DNA from: a virus
Lineage: Duplodnaviria > Caudoviricetes
Length of the DNA: 58,904 bases
IMG/VR virus record: IMGVR_UViG_3300034056_000017
Coordinates: 1-58,904 of that record
Strand: one strand, 5' to 3'
Made by a program: the position numbers and the translations under genes. Under the pieces are notes generated by a model. The model saw nothing but the letters and a program-made list of their open reading frames with translations, was not told the origin of the DNA and searched no databases. Below, piece by piece: positions 45,092 to 53,961 of this stretch; within the stretch, counting starts at the first letter, position 1, and every line of letters starts with the position of its first letter.

Positions 45092-45309
45092 AGAAAGCCG
45101 AAGCCGAGGAGAAGGCGTGCCCGTACATGCTGAGTGCCGACAGGCGGCGCATCCGCATCAACTGTATGACCGTCCACTGCATGGCGTGGAGCTGGCGTGA
45201 GACCCAGCGGCTCAAGGCTGACGCTCCGTCAAACCTTTACTTCCCGTCCAACCTCGAGGAGATCCCCGTCGACGAGCGTGACGGCTACTGCAGGCTGGTG
45301 CGCAGATGA
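45088..45309 (+). CDS. Cys-containing small phage protein
   Basis: CP...C...CMAWSW...GYC motif. Confidence 0.6.
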   Translation: MKKAEAEEKACPYMLSADRRRIRINCMTVHCMAWSWRETQRLKADAPSNLYFPSNLEEIPVDERDGYCRLVRR

Positions 45310-45506
45310 GTCGACATTACGAACTTCTGGTGGAAATCCTTGAGGAGTTGACACCGCGCTCCGGGGACCGTCAGGTCCATACCGTTATTGCGAAAGTCGC
45401 CAGCAAGCTGGTTTTTGAACTGATGACCATGAGTAAGGAGATCGACGATCTTCGCAGACGGGTTGATGAGATCCAGTATACCGCTTGTCGAGGGAGGGAC
45501 GGATGA
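45306..45506 (+). CDS. Hypothetical protein
   Basis: ATGA coupling. Confidence 0.5.
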   Translation: MSRHYELLVEILEELTPRSGDRQVHTVIAKVASKLVFELMTMSKEIDDLRRRVDEIQYTACRGRDG

Positions 45507-45573
45507 TCGGCATCGAGAACCTGATCTACTACATCACAGGGCTGCTGATCGGAATGTTCATCTCCCGCTAAAT

Positions 45574-45606
45574 AAACAGGGCGCCCTCATCAGGCGCCCT
45601 TGTTTT
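45574..45606 (+). terminator. Rho-independent terminator at the end of the early arm (possibly bidirectional)
   Basis: AGGGCGCC/GGCGCCCT stem followed by TGTTTT, between convergent genes. Confidence 0.7.
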
Positions 45607-45717
45607 GTCCTACCTCGCTGTGCAACCCCAACACATTCGACCCTATCCAACGAGTCTTATCATCCCGACGAGGTTCCCGGACAACCCGGTTGATGGACTG
45701 CTACGGATCATACTGGA

Positions 45718-48273
45718 CTACTTGACCGCCGTCAACACAGTATTGCTGGCGATCACTGACCGCTGCCGCACATACTCATGATGCAGCGGCGTCTGCGTCA
45801 TGGTGGCGTAATGCTCCCGGTTGCGGATGATGTAGATCGTCAGGTCGCGCTGCCGGCCGTTGTCCATGTACTTGCTGGTGCGCTTCTCAGCCAGGTTGTT
45901 CTGCGCGATCAGGCGGCCGATCTTGTTCTCGCTCGGCAGCTTCTCGCTGTACCCCGCACGCATCATGTTAACGATGTCTGTCATCGACACCAGGTCGCAG
46001 CTGAACACCCCGGTGTGGTCGTCGATCAGCTGCTTGAGCTTGGTCACCGCGGGGTGCTCCGACTGCTGGCGCATCTCGATCAGGAAGTCGGTCACCGGGG
46101 GAGCAGCACCTGGATCGAAGTCTGACAGGTCGACGTGGTTGATCAGATAGTTGCAGCAGTACTGCCAACCAACGCCGTTCAACCAATCCCACAGCGGCGT
46201 CCAGTAGGCCCGACCGCCGAGACCCGCCTGGGACACGTTGGTCCACAGCGGGTACAGCCGCCGGGTGTCCTCGGAGACCTGGATCGGGACGACCGAGTTG
46301 CTGGTCATCGCCATGTTGAGGATGTTGCGGACCTCCACCCTGTTCCTGTTCTTCGCGTTGAGCGCCAGGGTGACCGGCGGTGTGGCGGCCATGGTTTTGA
46401 GTTTGTTGTAGATGGCGCTCGCGTCGTTGTGATCGCCGTGTTCCGACTCGTTGACGATCAGGCACTTGGTGTTCATGATGTACTCGTTGAACCCTGACAA
46501 CAACTCCGCACCGTTCATCACCCGACCATAGCGACCGAAGTAGCGCAGCAGCGGGGTGAGCAGGAAGTCCTTGCCGCACCCCTCCCCGCCGGCCAGCAGC
46601 AGGATGTGGTTGATCTTGCGCTCAGGGTAGCGCAGGGTGTAGGCCATCCACTGCAGGACGTGCTTCTTCAGCTCACCGGACCAGCCCAGCCGGTCGAAGT
46701 GATCGAACCAGGGAGTGGCATCACCGGCCTCTGGCTGCGGCGTTCTCACTCCGACCCAGGTGTTGACGATATTGCAGCCGTACTCGTCGATCCAGGTCGG
46801 CGGCAGCCCCGGTGCGAAGTCGATCCGGTCCACCTTCAGGCACCGCCCATTCTGCAGGGCGTTGAGCTTGGCGTCCGGGTCGAGGTGGCAGTAGTTGTTC
46901 TGGAAGGCGGCCGGCTTGCGCCAGATGTTCAGCATCGCATTGTAGAACTGGTCCTGCTCCCCGACGTAGACCTCCGCCTTGTAGAAGTCCATGTCACCGC
47001 TGGCCTTCTGCTCCCTGCGGTGCCGGCGCCGCTCGTCAATGACCCGCTGCAGGTCCGACTTGCTCAGGCTGTAGTGCTCGCGGATTCGCGAGTAGTAGTT
47101 CAGCCGGCGACCCATGTCGACCACCTCGAGCATGTCGACCAGGGCGTAGAGCCCCTCGATCGAGTCGTTGCTGCCCGGGGCGATGCTGAAGATGGTGGAG
47201 ATCGCCGTCTCGATCAGGTCGTCGCTGTCACCGGTCCTTTTACCTGACACCGGTGACGCCTCGGGCTCCCCCGGCGGAGTCGACATGTCGAGGAAGGACA
47301 CCGGCGTCACCTTGCCCGTGATCTGGGTGAAGGAGCGCAGCGTCTGCCACGCCCTGAGCTGCTGCTTGAAGCCAGGCACCGACCGCTCGACATAGTCCAG
47401 CAGATCCTTGCCGGTCTTGTCCTGGCAGCACCCGTGGTGACACTTCAGTCCAATCGACCCGTCGGTGTTGGTGAAGATCGCAGCACCGTCATCAGCAGCC
47501 CCCGTATGGTTCTCGACCCACGGGCAGGTCACGTCGTAGCGACCCGGGCTGCGGACCTCCTTGACATGGATCAGATCCGGCAGCTGCAGCAGCGGGTGGT
47601 CGTCCACCTGGGCGGCGCCGTCGACCCTGGTCTCACGCCGCGGGGATGCCAGGTCGATAGTGAAGACCTGCGCCAGCTGCTCCATGGTGAACACGCGCTC
47701 CGGGTGCCACTCGAGCAGTTGGCAGGCCGGCGGCGTGCCGCCGTTGGCGGCGACCCGGCTGGCCTTGCTGTTGCGACCGACCGGCAGGCGGACGTAGCGC
47801 GTTACCCCGCGCATGCCGGGATCTTTGCCGGACGGCGACAGCCCCTTGGCCACCAGGCCATCGAGCAGATTTTCGACCTCCGCCATGTCCTGGCAGGGCG
47901 TGTCCAGTACCCAGCCCCACTGCTCGCTGCCGGGGCTGGTCGCCAGCTTGTAGCTGGGCTCAGGCAGCAGCTGCACCTGCTCGACCGGCAGCTTCTCGCG
48001 CACGTCGTCGGCCACGATCACATGGGTGCAGCGGAACAGGTTCTTGCGCCGCCGAGCGTTGTTCTCACCGTCGGCGTAGAAGGTGCTGATGGTGAAGTAG
48101 TTGTTGTTGGTCTCGATCAGCGGCGTGTTGTGGAACCAGCCACCGCCCCAGCACTTGGCCCGACGCTTGTCGGATATATCTGCCGGGTCATCCGGGAACG
48201 ACGTACAGTGTGCCCATATATAGTCATCCCGGAAGACGTGTCTTAGGAACTCCTCGTTGGTGATCTGGATCAT
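45718..48273 (-). CDS. Primase-helicase (RepB-like primase N-terminus, Zn finger, SF3/DUF5906-type helicase)
   Basis: VIVADDV...TSPGSEQW primase motifs; CPW..H...CHHGCC; LLLAGGEGCGKD Walker A; MTSN, DTRRL. Confidence 0.85.
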   Translation of the reverse strand: MIQITNEEFLRHVFRDDYIWAHCTSFPDDPADISDKRRAKCWGGGWFHNTPLIETNNNYFTISTFYADGENNARRRKNLFRCTHVIVADDVREKLPVEQVQLLPEPSYKLATSPGSEQWGWVLDTPCQDMAEVENLLDGLVAKGLSPSGKDPGMRGVTRYVRLPVGRNSKASRVAANGGTPPACQLLEWHPERVFTMEQLAQVFTIDLASPRRETRVDGAAQVDDHPLLQLPDLIHVKEVRSPGRYDVTCPWVENHTGAADDGAAIFTNTDGSIGLKCHHGCCQDKTGKDLLDYVERSVPGFKQQLRAWQTLRSFTQITGKVTPVSFLDMSTPPGEPEASPVSGKRTGDSDDLIETAISTIFSIAPGSNDSIEGLYALVDMLEVVDMGRRLNYYSRIREHYSLSKSDLQRVIDERRRHRREQKASGDMDFYKAEVYVGEQDQFYNAMLNIWRKPAAFQNNYCHLDPDAKLNALQNGRCLKVDRIDFAPGLPPTWIDEYGCNIVNTWVGVRTPQPEAGDATPWFDHFDRLGWSGELKKHVLQWMAYTLRYPERKINHILLLAGGEGCGKDFLLTPLLRYFGRYGRVMNGAELLSGFNEYIMNTKCLIVNESEHGDHNDASAIYNKLKTMAATPPVTLALNAKNRNRVEVRNILNMAMTSNSVVPIQVSEDTRRLYPLWTNVSQAGLGGRAYWTPLWDWLNGVGWQYCCNYLINHVDLSDFDPGAAPPVTDFLIEMRQQSEHPAVTKLKQLIDDHTGVFSCDLVSMTDIVNMMRAGYSEKLPSENKIGRLIAQNNLAEKRTSKYMDNGRQRDLTIYIIRNREHYATMTQTPLHHEYVRQRSVIASNTVLTAVK

Positions 48274-48410
48274 TTGCACACACCTTTGTAGTCTGGCCAG
48301 GCGCCCTGCTTGACCATGTCACAATAGGTGCTCTCTTCCTGCACAGCGTCCTCGTAACCCATCGTCCCGACCAGGACTATAGCAACCAGGATCAACAGAA
48401 TCAGCTTCAT
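48270..48410 (-). CDS. 46-aa membrane-anchored phage protein
   Basis: MKLILLILVAIVLVGTMGYEDAVQEESTYCDMVKQGAWPDYKGVCK; AAGGAGG RBS; ATGA overlap with the primase. Confidence 0.65.
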   Translation of the reverse strand: MKLILLILVAIVLVGTMGYEDAVQEESTYCDMVKQGAWPDYKGVCK

Positions 48411-48440
48411 GGTGAACCTCCTTGGGGTTGTTTGCTGCTG

Positions 48441-48513
48441 AACTTAACACGATACAAAATCGTACGCAACGTAAAAAAAAGTATTGACTGAAGAGAGTGG
48501 CAGGTGGTAATGA
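48441..48513. promoter_or_regulatory. Divergent promoter region with ACGAT-N5-ATCGT palindrome
   Basis: Leftward TTGCGT-N17-TAAGTT; rightward TTGACT at 48484 with unclear -10; A-tract between them. Confidence 0.55.
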
Positions 48514-48541
48514 TAGCACATCCTAACGAAAGGAGGACGAC

Positions 48542-48736
48542 ATGGCAAGCACCGTTTTTCAACTCAGGGTCGACGAAGAAGAGCTTGAGCGGTTCCGCTG
48601 CAAGTGCGAGGACGAGTACAAGCTGGACCACCGCGACGTGGTTCGCGAACTGATCACTGCGTATGCCGATGGCCGCATCCGCATCACCCTTGACGACATC
48701 ACCAAGAAAAGGAGCGAAATTTATGCTGGAGACTGA
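48542..48736 (+). CDS. Ribbon-helix-helix-like regulator
   Basis: TVFQLRVDEEELERF...DVVRELI pattern; AAGGAGG RBS. Confidence 0.6.
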   Translation: MASTVFQLRVDEEELERFRCKCEDEYKLDHRDVVRELITAYADGRIRITLDDITKKRSEIYAGD

Positions 48737-49202
48737 GATCCGTAAACTGACTGAAGCCATCGTCGAGCTGACCAACCGGGTTAACCAGCTCGGTGTCGTC
48801 GGTGAGGTGATGATCAACGAGCGCCTCACCGTGCCGCCCGGCCCCCAGGTTGAGGAGAGCGGTGTGGCTGTCCCCCCGGCACCTCCCGTGCCGCCTGCTC
48901 CTGCTGCACCTCCCGTGCCGCCTGCTCCGGTCGCACCTCCCGTGCCGCCTGCTCCGGTCGCACCTCCCGTGCCGCCCGTGCCGCCCGTGCCACCTGCTCC
49001 GGTCGCACCTCCCGTTCCGCCGACCACCGGCCTGACCCTCGAGCAGTTCCACGACCAGGTGATCGGTCTCAACAACCTGATCGGTGACGGTGGTGCCTCG
49101 GTGCAAGCGGTCATGGCACAGTTCGAAGTCTCCGGCGGTCTGCGCAACCTCGATCCGTCCAAGTACACCGAGTTCCTTGAAGTCCTCAAAGGGAAGGTGT
49201 AA
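48723..49202 (+). CDS. Pro-rich replication-module protein
   Basis: MLETEIRKLTEAIVELT, Pro linker, C-terminal helical domain; precedes DUF2800. Confidence 0.7.
   Translation: MLETEIRKLTEAIVELTNRVNQLGVVGEVMINERLTVPPGPQVEESGVAVPPAPPVPPAPAAPPVPPAPVAPPVPPAPVAPPVPPVPPVPPAPVAPPVPPTTGLTLEQFHDQVIGLNNLIGDGGASVQAVMAQFEVSGGLRNLDPSKYTEFLEVLKGKV
48879..49019 (+). repeat. Coding tandem repeat, 27-bp unit (APPVPPAPV) plus 9-bp sub-units
   Basis: GCACCTCCCGTGCCGCCTGCTCCGGTC repeated. Confidence 0.9.
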
Positions 49203-49203
49203 A

Positions 49204-50394
49204 ATGGCACATGCCCGTTTATCGCCCAGCAACCACCGCTGGGTTCACTGCCCTGGCTCACCTCGGGAGGAAGCCCTGTACGACCGCTCCGAGTCCAGCC
49301 CCGCCGCACTCGACGGGACCGGCACGCATACCCTGCTTGAGGCCGCGATCAAGTCGTGGGGCTGGGCGCAGTCGTTCATCGGTCAGATGGTCGGCCAGGG
49401 TCACCCCGAGATGCCCAACGGCTGGCGGGTGGACGCCGACCGTGCCAAGCGTGTCGACGACGCGCTGTCCTACATCTACCGGCGCATCGGTGAGATCGGC
49501 ACCGAGAACTATCCTACCAGATTCGAGACCGAGAGCAAGTCCGACCCGGGCAAGCACTTCGGCCGCACCGACTGGCACGGCACCTGCGATGTCACCCTGC
49601 TTGGCGCCGACACCCTCGAGGTCATCGACTACAAGGACGGCAGCGGCTTCGTCGCGGTGGAGAACAACCCGCAGCTGCTGGCCTACGCGATCGGCAAGTT
49701 CCTCGACCTGGATGATGTCAACACCATCCGCACCATCCGCCTGACCATCATCCAGCCGAAGACACACCCGGTCATCCGCACTGTTGACTTGACTCCTGAA
49801 GACCTGATGTTCGAGGGCAAGCGCCTGTCCGATGCAGCCGCTGCGACTGACGACCCAAACGCCCCACTGGTCGCCGGGGACTGGTGCCAGTGGTGTCCGC
49901 ACAAGTCCTTCTGTGCAGCCCACCAGGGTGTCAGCATGGCGACCGTGTCACAGTCGAGCATCGTGGATGTGCTGCAGGTGGAGTCGGTGCAGAAGATGAC
50001 CGGCGATCAACTGGCGGTACTCCTGTCGCACGCTTCCGCCATGCGCAAGGTGCTCGACCAGGCCGAAGACGAGGCGCTCTCCCGACTCAAGGCGGGGGGC
50101 GAGGTTCCCGGCTACGCTGTCGGTTTCGGTCCCAGCAAGCGGACCTGGGCGGGGACGCAGGAGGAGGTCGAGGCGCAGCTCAAGGCCATGCAGTATACGA
50201 AGGACGAGATCTGGGTGCGCTCGTTTGTGAGCCCTGCCCAGGCCGAGAAGAAGGAGATCTCCAAGGCCAAGAAGGCCAAGCTCGCGGAGATGATTGTCAC
50301 CCTGTCAGGAGAGGAGAAGCCCGTCCCGTCGAAAACGAAAATGTCAGCCGAGAAAATGTTCGCAGATGTCAAGCCGCAACTGTCATTCCTCTAA
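49204..50394 (+). CDS. DUF2800 PD-(D/E)xK (Cas4-like) exonuclease
   Basis: HARLSPS..RWVHCPGS, GTGTH, GTCD, VIDYKDG, NPQLLAYAIG, CQWCPHK. Confidence 0.88.
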   Translation: MAHARLSPSNHRWVHCPGSPREEALYDRSESSPAALDGTGTHTLLEAAIKSWGWAQSFIGQMVGQGHPEMPNGWRVDADRAKRVDDALSYIYRRIGEIGTENYPTRFETESKSDPGKHFGRTDWHGTCDVTLLGADTLEVIDYKDGSGFVAVENNPQLLAYAIGKFLDLDDVNTIRTIRLTIIQPKTHPVIRTVDLTPEDLMFEGKRLSDAAAATDDPNAPLVAGDWCQWCPHKSFCAAHQGVSMATVSQSSIVDVLQVESVQKMTGDQLAVLLSHASAMRKVLDQAEDEALSRLKAGGEVPGYAVGFGPSKRTWAGTQEEVEAQLKAMQYTKDEIWVRSFVSPAQAEKKEISKAKKAKLAEMIVTLSGEEKPVPSKTKMSAEKMFADVKPQLSFL

Positions 50395-50414
50395 CCGAAA
50401 AAGGAGCAACAACC

Positions 50415-51131
50415 ATGTTGATCAAAGGTATTCTGTCATTCCCTCATCTGTTCACCGCTCGCGCTGTCGATGCGAACAGCGCCCCGAAGTACAGCACCAC
50501 CATCCTGATCGCCGCCTCTGATCCGCAGGTCAACGAGATCCGCGCCGAGATCAACAAGGTCCAGGCGGCCGGCTTCCCTGGTGGCTTCCCGACCAACGGT
50601 AAGATCTGCCTGGCCGACGATGCCGATCACCCTGGCTATCTGAAGATCAACTGCTCGTCGTCGGCCGAGAACAAGCCGGCCGTCGTCGACATGAGTCGGC
50701 AGCCCGTCATCGACCCTGCCCAGGTGTTCGCCGGCGCGGTCGCCTACGTCAACGTCAACTTCTTCTCCTACAACAAGCCGATGAACAAGGGTGTCGCCGG
50801 AGGTCTCAACGGCGTTATGATCACCGGCGAGATGGGACCGTTCGGTCGCCTCGATAACAAGCCCACCGTCGACCAGATGTTTTCCGGGATCGCCGCATCG
50901 CAGGTGTCCATGGACGGGAAGATCTTTCAAGCTCCCGTGCCGGTGGCCCCACCCACTCCCCCCGTGGCCCCCGCGGCGCCGCCGGCTGGCCCTCCGGCCT
51001 ACGTCATGACGCCGGCCGCCGATGGGTTGACTCGCGACCAGTACATCGCGGCCGGGTGGACAGACGACCTGCTCATCCAGCACGGCAAGATGCTCCCGCC
51101 CGGCGGCGCCAAGCTGCCGTGGCAGCAGTAG
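50415..51131 (+). CDS. ssDNA-binding protein (DUF2815-like)
   Basis: LSFPHLF...KYSTTILI...NKGVAGGLNGV; start ATG 50415 with AAGGAG. Confidence 0.82.
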   Translation: MLIKGILSFPHLFTARAVDANSAPKYSTTILIAASDPQVNEIRAEINKVQAAGFPGGFPTNGKICLADDADHPGYLKINCSSSAENKPAVVDMSRQPVIDPAQVFAGAVAYVNVNFFSYNKPMNKGVAGGLNGVMITGEMGPFGRLDNKPTVDQMFSGIAASQVSMDGKIFQAPVPVAPPTPPVAPAAPPAGPPAYVMTPAADGLTRDQYIAAGWTDDLLIQHGKMLPPGGAKLPWQQ

Positions 51132-51140
51132 GAGGCCACC

Positions 51141-51434
51141 ATGCGTATGCGCGAGGTGAAGATCACCCCGGTGCTCAACGGCTTCATCGTTCAGGTTGGT
51201 TGCCAGATGTTGGTGTACTCCAACATGGAGGACTTGACCGGCGATCTGATCGAGTACCAAAGTGACCCTGAAGGCACCGAGGCGCTGTTCCGCAAGAACG
51301 CAGTCAACCCGATGGAGACAACTGCACCGGCTCCCCCTTCTTACGAGGATATCCGCGGTGCCGTCAATCGGGTTCCCCGGTATCACCACGGTCATCCCCT
51401 CAACTGTGAGCAGACTCAAGAAGAGCCCTGCTAG
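51141..51434 (+). CDS. Hypothetical protein
   Basis: ITPVLNGFIVQVGCQ motif; AGGAGG RBS. Confidence 0.6.
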   Translation: MRMREVKITPVLNGFIVQVGCQMLVYSNMEDLTGDLIEYQSDPEGTEALFRKNAVNPMETTAPAPPSYEDIRGAVNRVPRYHHGHPLNCEQTQEEPC

Positions 51435-51485
51435 TCCCCATCAGCCCGGCGGTAGTGACCCTGCCGCCGGGCAAGGTACTCCACC

Positions 51486-51662
51486 ATGAACGGCAAAGGC
51501 TCCATCCGTCGACCAACCGACGAGGTTGCGTACCAGGACAACTGGGAAAGGATTTTTATGGCCTGCAACAGATGCAAACGCGCCGGTGTGAAGGTGTGCT
51601 CGGAGGGCTGCCCCTTCGGCAACGATGACACCCCTTGCGAGGACTGTGAGCGCGATGCTTGA
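51486..51662 (+). CDS. Small protein (GKGSxRRP...NWERIF plus Cys-rich tail)
   Basis: Manual translation; overlaps the polymerase start. Confidence 0.5.
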   Translation: MNGKGSIRRPTDEVAYQDNWERIFMACNRCKRAGVKVCSEGCPFGNDDTPCEDCERDA

Positions 51663-53484
51663 TGTAATTTTTGATACGGAGACCTACCCCTCCATCTTCA
51701 CCCTGGCCGCCAAGCGCGGTGACCAGCGGTGGCTGTTCGAGATCTCCTGGCGGCGCAACGATCTGCAGGCAATGCTCGACTGGCTCTACGTCCTGCGTGA
51801 TCAGGGCTGCCGCATGGTCGGCTTCAACAACGTCGGCTTCGACTACCCGGTGGTCCACTGGATCATCGAGAACAAGTCGATCGCCACACCCGAAGCGATC
51901 TACAACAAGGCGATGTCGATCATCCACAGCGAGGAGAAGTTCGGTCACATCATCTGGGAGAGCGACCGCTACGTCGAGCAGATCGACCTGTACAAGATCC
52001 ACCACTTCGACAACAAGGCCCGGGCGACCAGCCTCAAGGCGCTCGAGTTCGCGCTGCGCCGCAACGTCGACGATCTGCCGTACAAGCCTGGCACGTTCCT
52101 GCGGTGGGACCAGTGCGACGAGCTGATCCGCTACAACCACTGCGACGTCGACGCCACCGAGTCGTTCTATCACCAGTCCAAGGAGCAGATCGCCTTCCGC
52201 GAGGAGCTGACTGAGCAGACCGGCGTCAGCTTCATGAACCACAACGATACCAAGATCGGCAAGGACTACTTCATCACCGAGCTGGAGAAGGCCGGCGTGC
52301 CGTGCTTCGACTCCGGTGCCGGCGGCCGGCGACCGCTGCAGACGCCACGCCCCAACGGCATCCGCCTGGCAGACGTGATCCTGCCCTACATCCAGTTCGA
52401 TCGACCGGAGTTTCAGACCGTTCTCGAAACGATGCGCAAAACCACCATCGTCAACACCAAGGCCGGCTTCACTGCCAGCTGCACGATCGACGGCTTCCGC
52501 TTTGACTTCGGGACCGGCGGCCTGCACGGTGCGGAGGAGAACGCAGTCTTCCGGGCCAGCGACACGCACATGATCCTGGACGTCGACGTCACCAGCTACT
52601 ACCCCAACCTGGCCATCGCCAACCGGTTCTTCCCGGCGCACCTGTCCGACAAGTTCTGCGACCTGTACCAGCAGCTGTTCGAACGGCGCAAGCAGACGAA
52701 GAAGGGCTCGTCCGAGAACGGCATGCTGAAGCTGGCGCTCAACGGCGTCTACGGTGACAGCGGCAACGAATACAGCCCGTTTTTTGATCCGCAGTACACC
52801 ATGTCAATCACGGTGAACGGGCAGCTGCTACTGTGCATGCTGATCGAGAAGCTGATCGCCTACCCGCAGGTCCAGCTGATCAGCGCCAACACCGACGGCG
52901 TCTGCCTGTACTTCCCCCGCACCGCGCGCCAGTACGTCGACGACGTCTGCGACTGGTGGCAGAGGTTGACCAAGCTACAGCTCGAGGACGTCGAATACAC
53001 CGCGGTGTTCAGCCGGGACTGCAACAACTACATCGCCGTCAAGAAGGACGGCATCAAGCGCAAGGGCGCCTACGAATACAAGGTAGGCTGGCACCAGGAC
53101 CACAGCGCCCTGGTCGTCCCTAAAGCAGCTGAGGCGTTCCTGGTGCATGGTGTGCCCCTGCGCTCGTTCATCGAGTCGCACACCGATATCCACGACTTCA
53201 TGATCCGCGGCAAGGCACCCCGGAATTGTCGGATGGAGCTGGTGGATATGCACGGCAACGTGACCGTGACGCAGAACACCGTGCGCTACTACATCGCCCC
53301 GTCCGGGTACGATCTGATCAAGGTGATGCCCCCGCTCAAGGGTGGCACCGAGGAGCGCCGCATCAACCAGTGCGCCGGGTGGAAGGTGCGCCTGGCCAAC
53401 CGGATGGAAGACTGCCTGGTCGACGAGATCGATCATGATTATTATTGCGAGCGTGCCACCAAACTTGTGAGGATGTTCCGATGA
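51655..53484 (+). CDS. DNA polymerase, family B-type motifs, with 3'-5' exonuclease
   Basis: FDTET, GFNNVGFDY, YNHCDV exonuclease motifs; DVDVTSYYPN, KLALNGVYG, SANTDG polymerase motifs. Confidence 0.9.
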   Translation: MLDVIFDTETYPSIFTLAAKRGDQRWLFEISWRRNDLQAMLDWLYVLRDQGCRMVGFNNVGFDYPVVHWIIENKSIATPEAIYNKAMSIIHSEEKFGHIIWESDRYVEQIDLYKIHHFDNKARATSLKALEFALRRNVDDLPYKPGTFLRWDQCDELIRYNHCDVDATESFYHQSKEQIAFREELTEQTGVSFMNHNDTKIGKDYFITELEKAGVPCFDSGAGGRRPLQTPRPNGIRLADVILPYIQFDRPEFQTVLETMRKTTIVNTKAGFTASCTIDGFRFDFGTGGLHGAEENAVFRASDTHMILDVDVTSYYPNLAIANRFFPAHLSDKFCDLYQQLFERRKQTKKGSSENGMLKLALNGVYGDSGNEYSPFFDPQYTMSITVNGQLLLCMLIEKLIAYPQVQLISANTDGVCLYFPRTARQYVDDVCDWWQRLTKLQLEDVEYTAVFSRDCNNYIAVKKDGIKRKGAYEYKVGWHQDHSALVVPKAAEAFLVHGVPLRSFIESHTDIHDFMIRGKAPRNCRMELVDMHGNVTVTQNTVRYYIAPSGYDLIKVMPPLKGGTEERRINQCAGWKVRLANRMEDCLVDEIDHDYYCERATKLVRMFR

Positions 53485-53771
53485 AAGAGCCAGCTGTTGA
53501 GCTGCACCTACGCAAAGAGATCGAGCGCCTCGGCGGTGTCTGCCGCAAGTGGGTGAGCCCGGGTCACGTCGGCGTGCCGGACAGGATCTGCTTCCTGCCT
53601 GGTGCCATGGTCGTGTTCGTCGAGGTGAAGACCGACACCGGCAAGCTGTCCGTCCGGCAGGAGCGCGAGATCGCTACCCTGCGTGCGCTCAACGCTGACG
53701 TGAAGGTGGTCTATGGGATCGAGGGCGTCGACTGCCTGATCCGGGAGCTTGAGTATGCTCTCACTGCCTAG
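53481..53771 (+). CDS. VRR-NUC domain nuclease
   Basis: KWVSPGHVGVPDRI...FVEVK. Confidence 0.88.
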   Translation: MKEPAVELHLRKEIERLGGVCRKWVSPGHVGVPDRICFLPGAMVVFVEVKTDTGKLSVRQEREIATLRALNADVKVVYGIEGVDCLIRELEYALTA

Positions 53772-53961
53772 CTTCGTCCCTATCGAGGAGTACGCCACAG
53801 TCGGACTGCTGACCGGCGAGATCGGTCGTATTGAGTCATACAGCATCTACGCGGTACAACTTCGACCGCGCCCTCGCAGCAAGAAGCGGCGCATCCAGAA
53901 GAAGTGGCTGAAAGATCCATGGCCGAAGGGCTCGCGGGTGAGATATGTTACAACCCGCTGA
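53755..53961 (+). CDS. Hypothetical basic protein
   Basis: RPRSKKRRIQKKWLK motif. Confidence 0.45.
   Translation: MLSLPSFVPIEEYATVGLLTGEIGRIESYSIYAVQLRPRPRSKKRRIQKKWLKDPWPKGSRVRYVTTR

Noticed and set aside
35700-48736. Lysogeny module (integrase, CI/Cro, att site)
   Set aside because: No recombinase motifs or CI-like repressor recognised in the window.
48407-49309. Minus-strand Gly-rich 300-aa ORF resembling a collagen/PGRS protein
   Set aside because: Antisense reading of the Pro-rich repeat gene 48723..49202.
49204-50394. Cas4-like nuclease as a sign of CRISPR-Cas
   Set aside because: Typical phage DUF2800 replication context; no repeat-spacer array or other cas genes seen.
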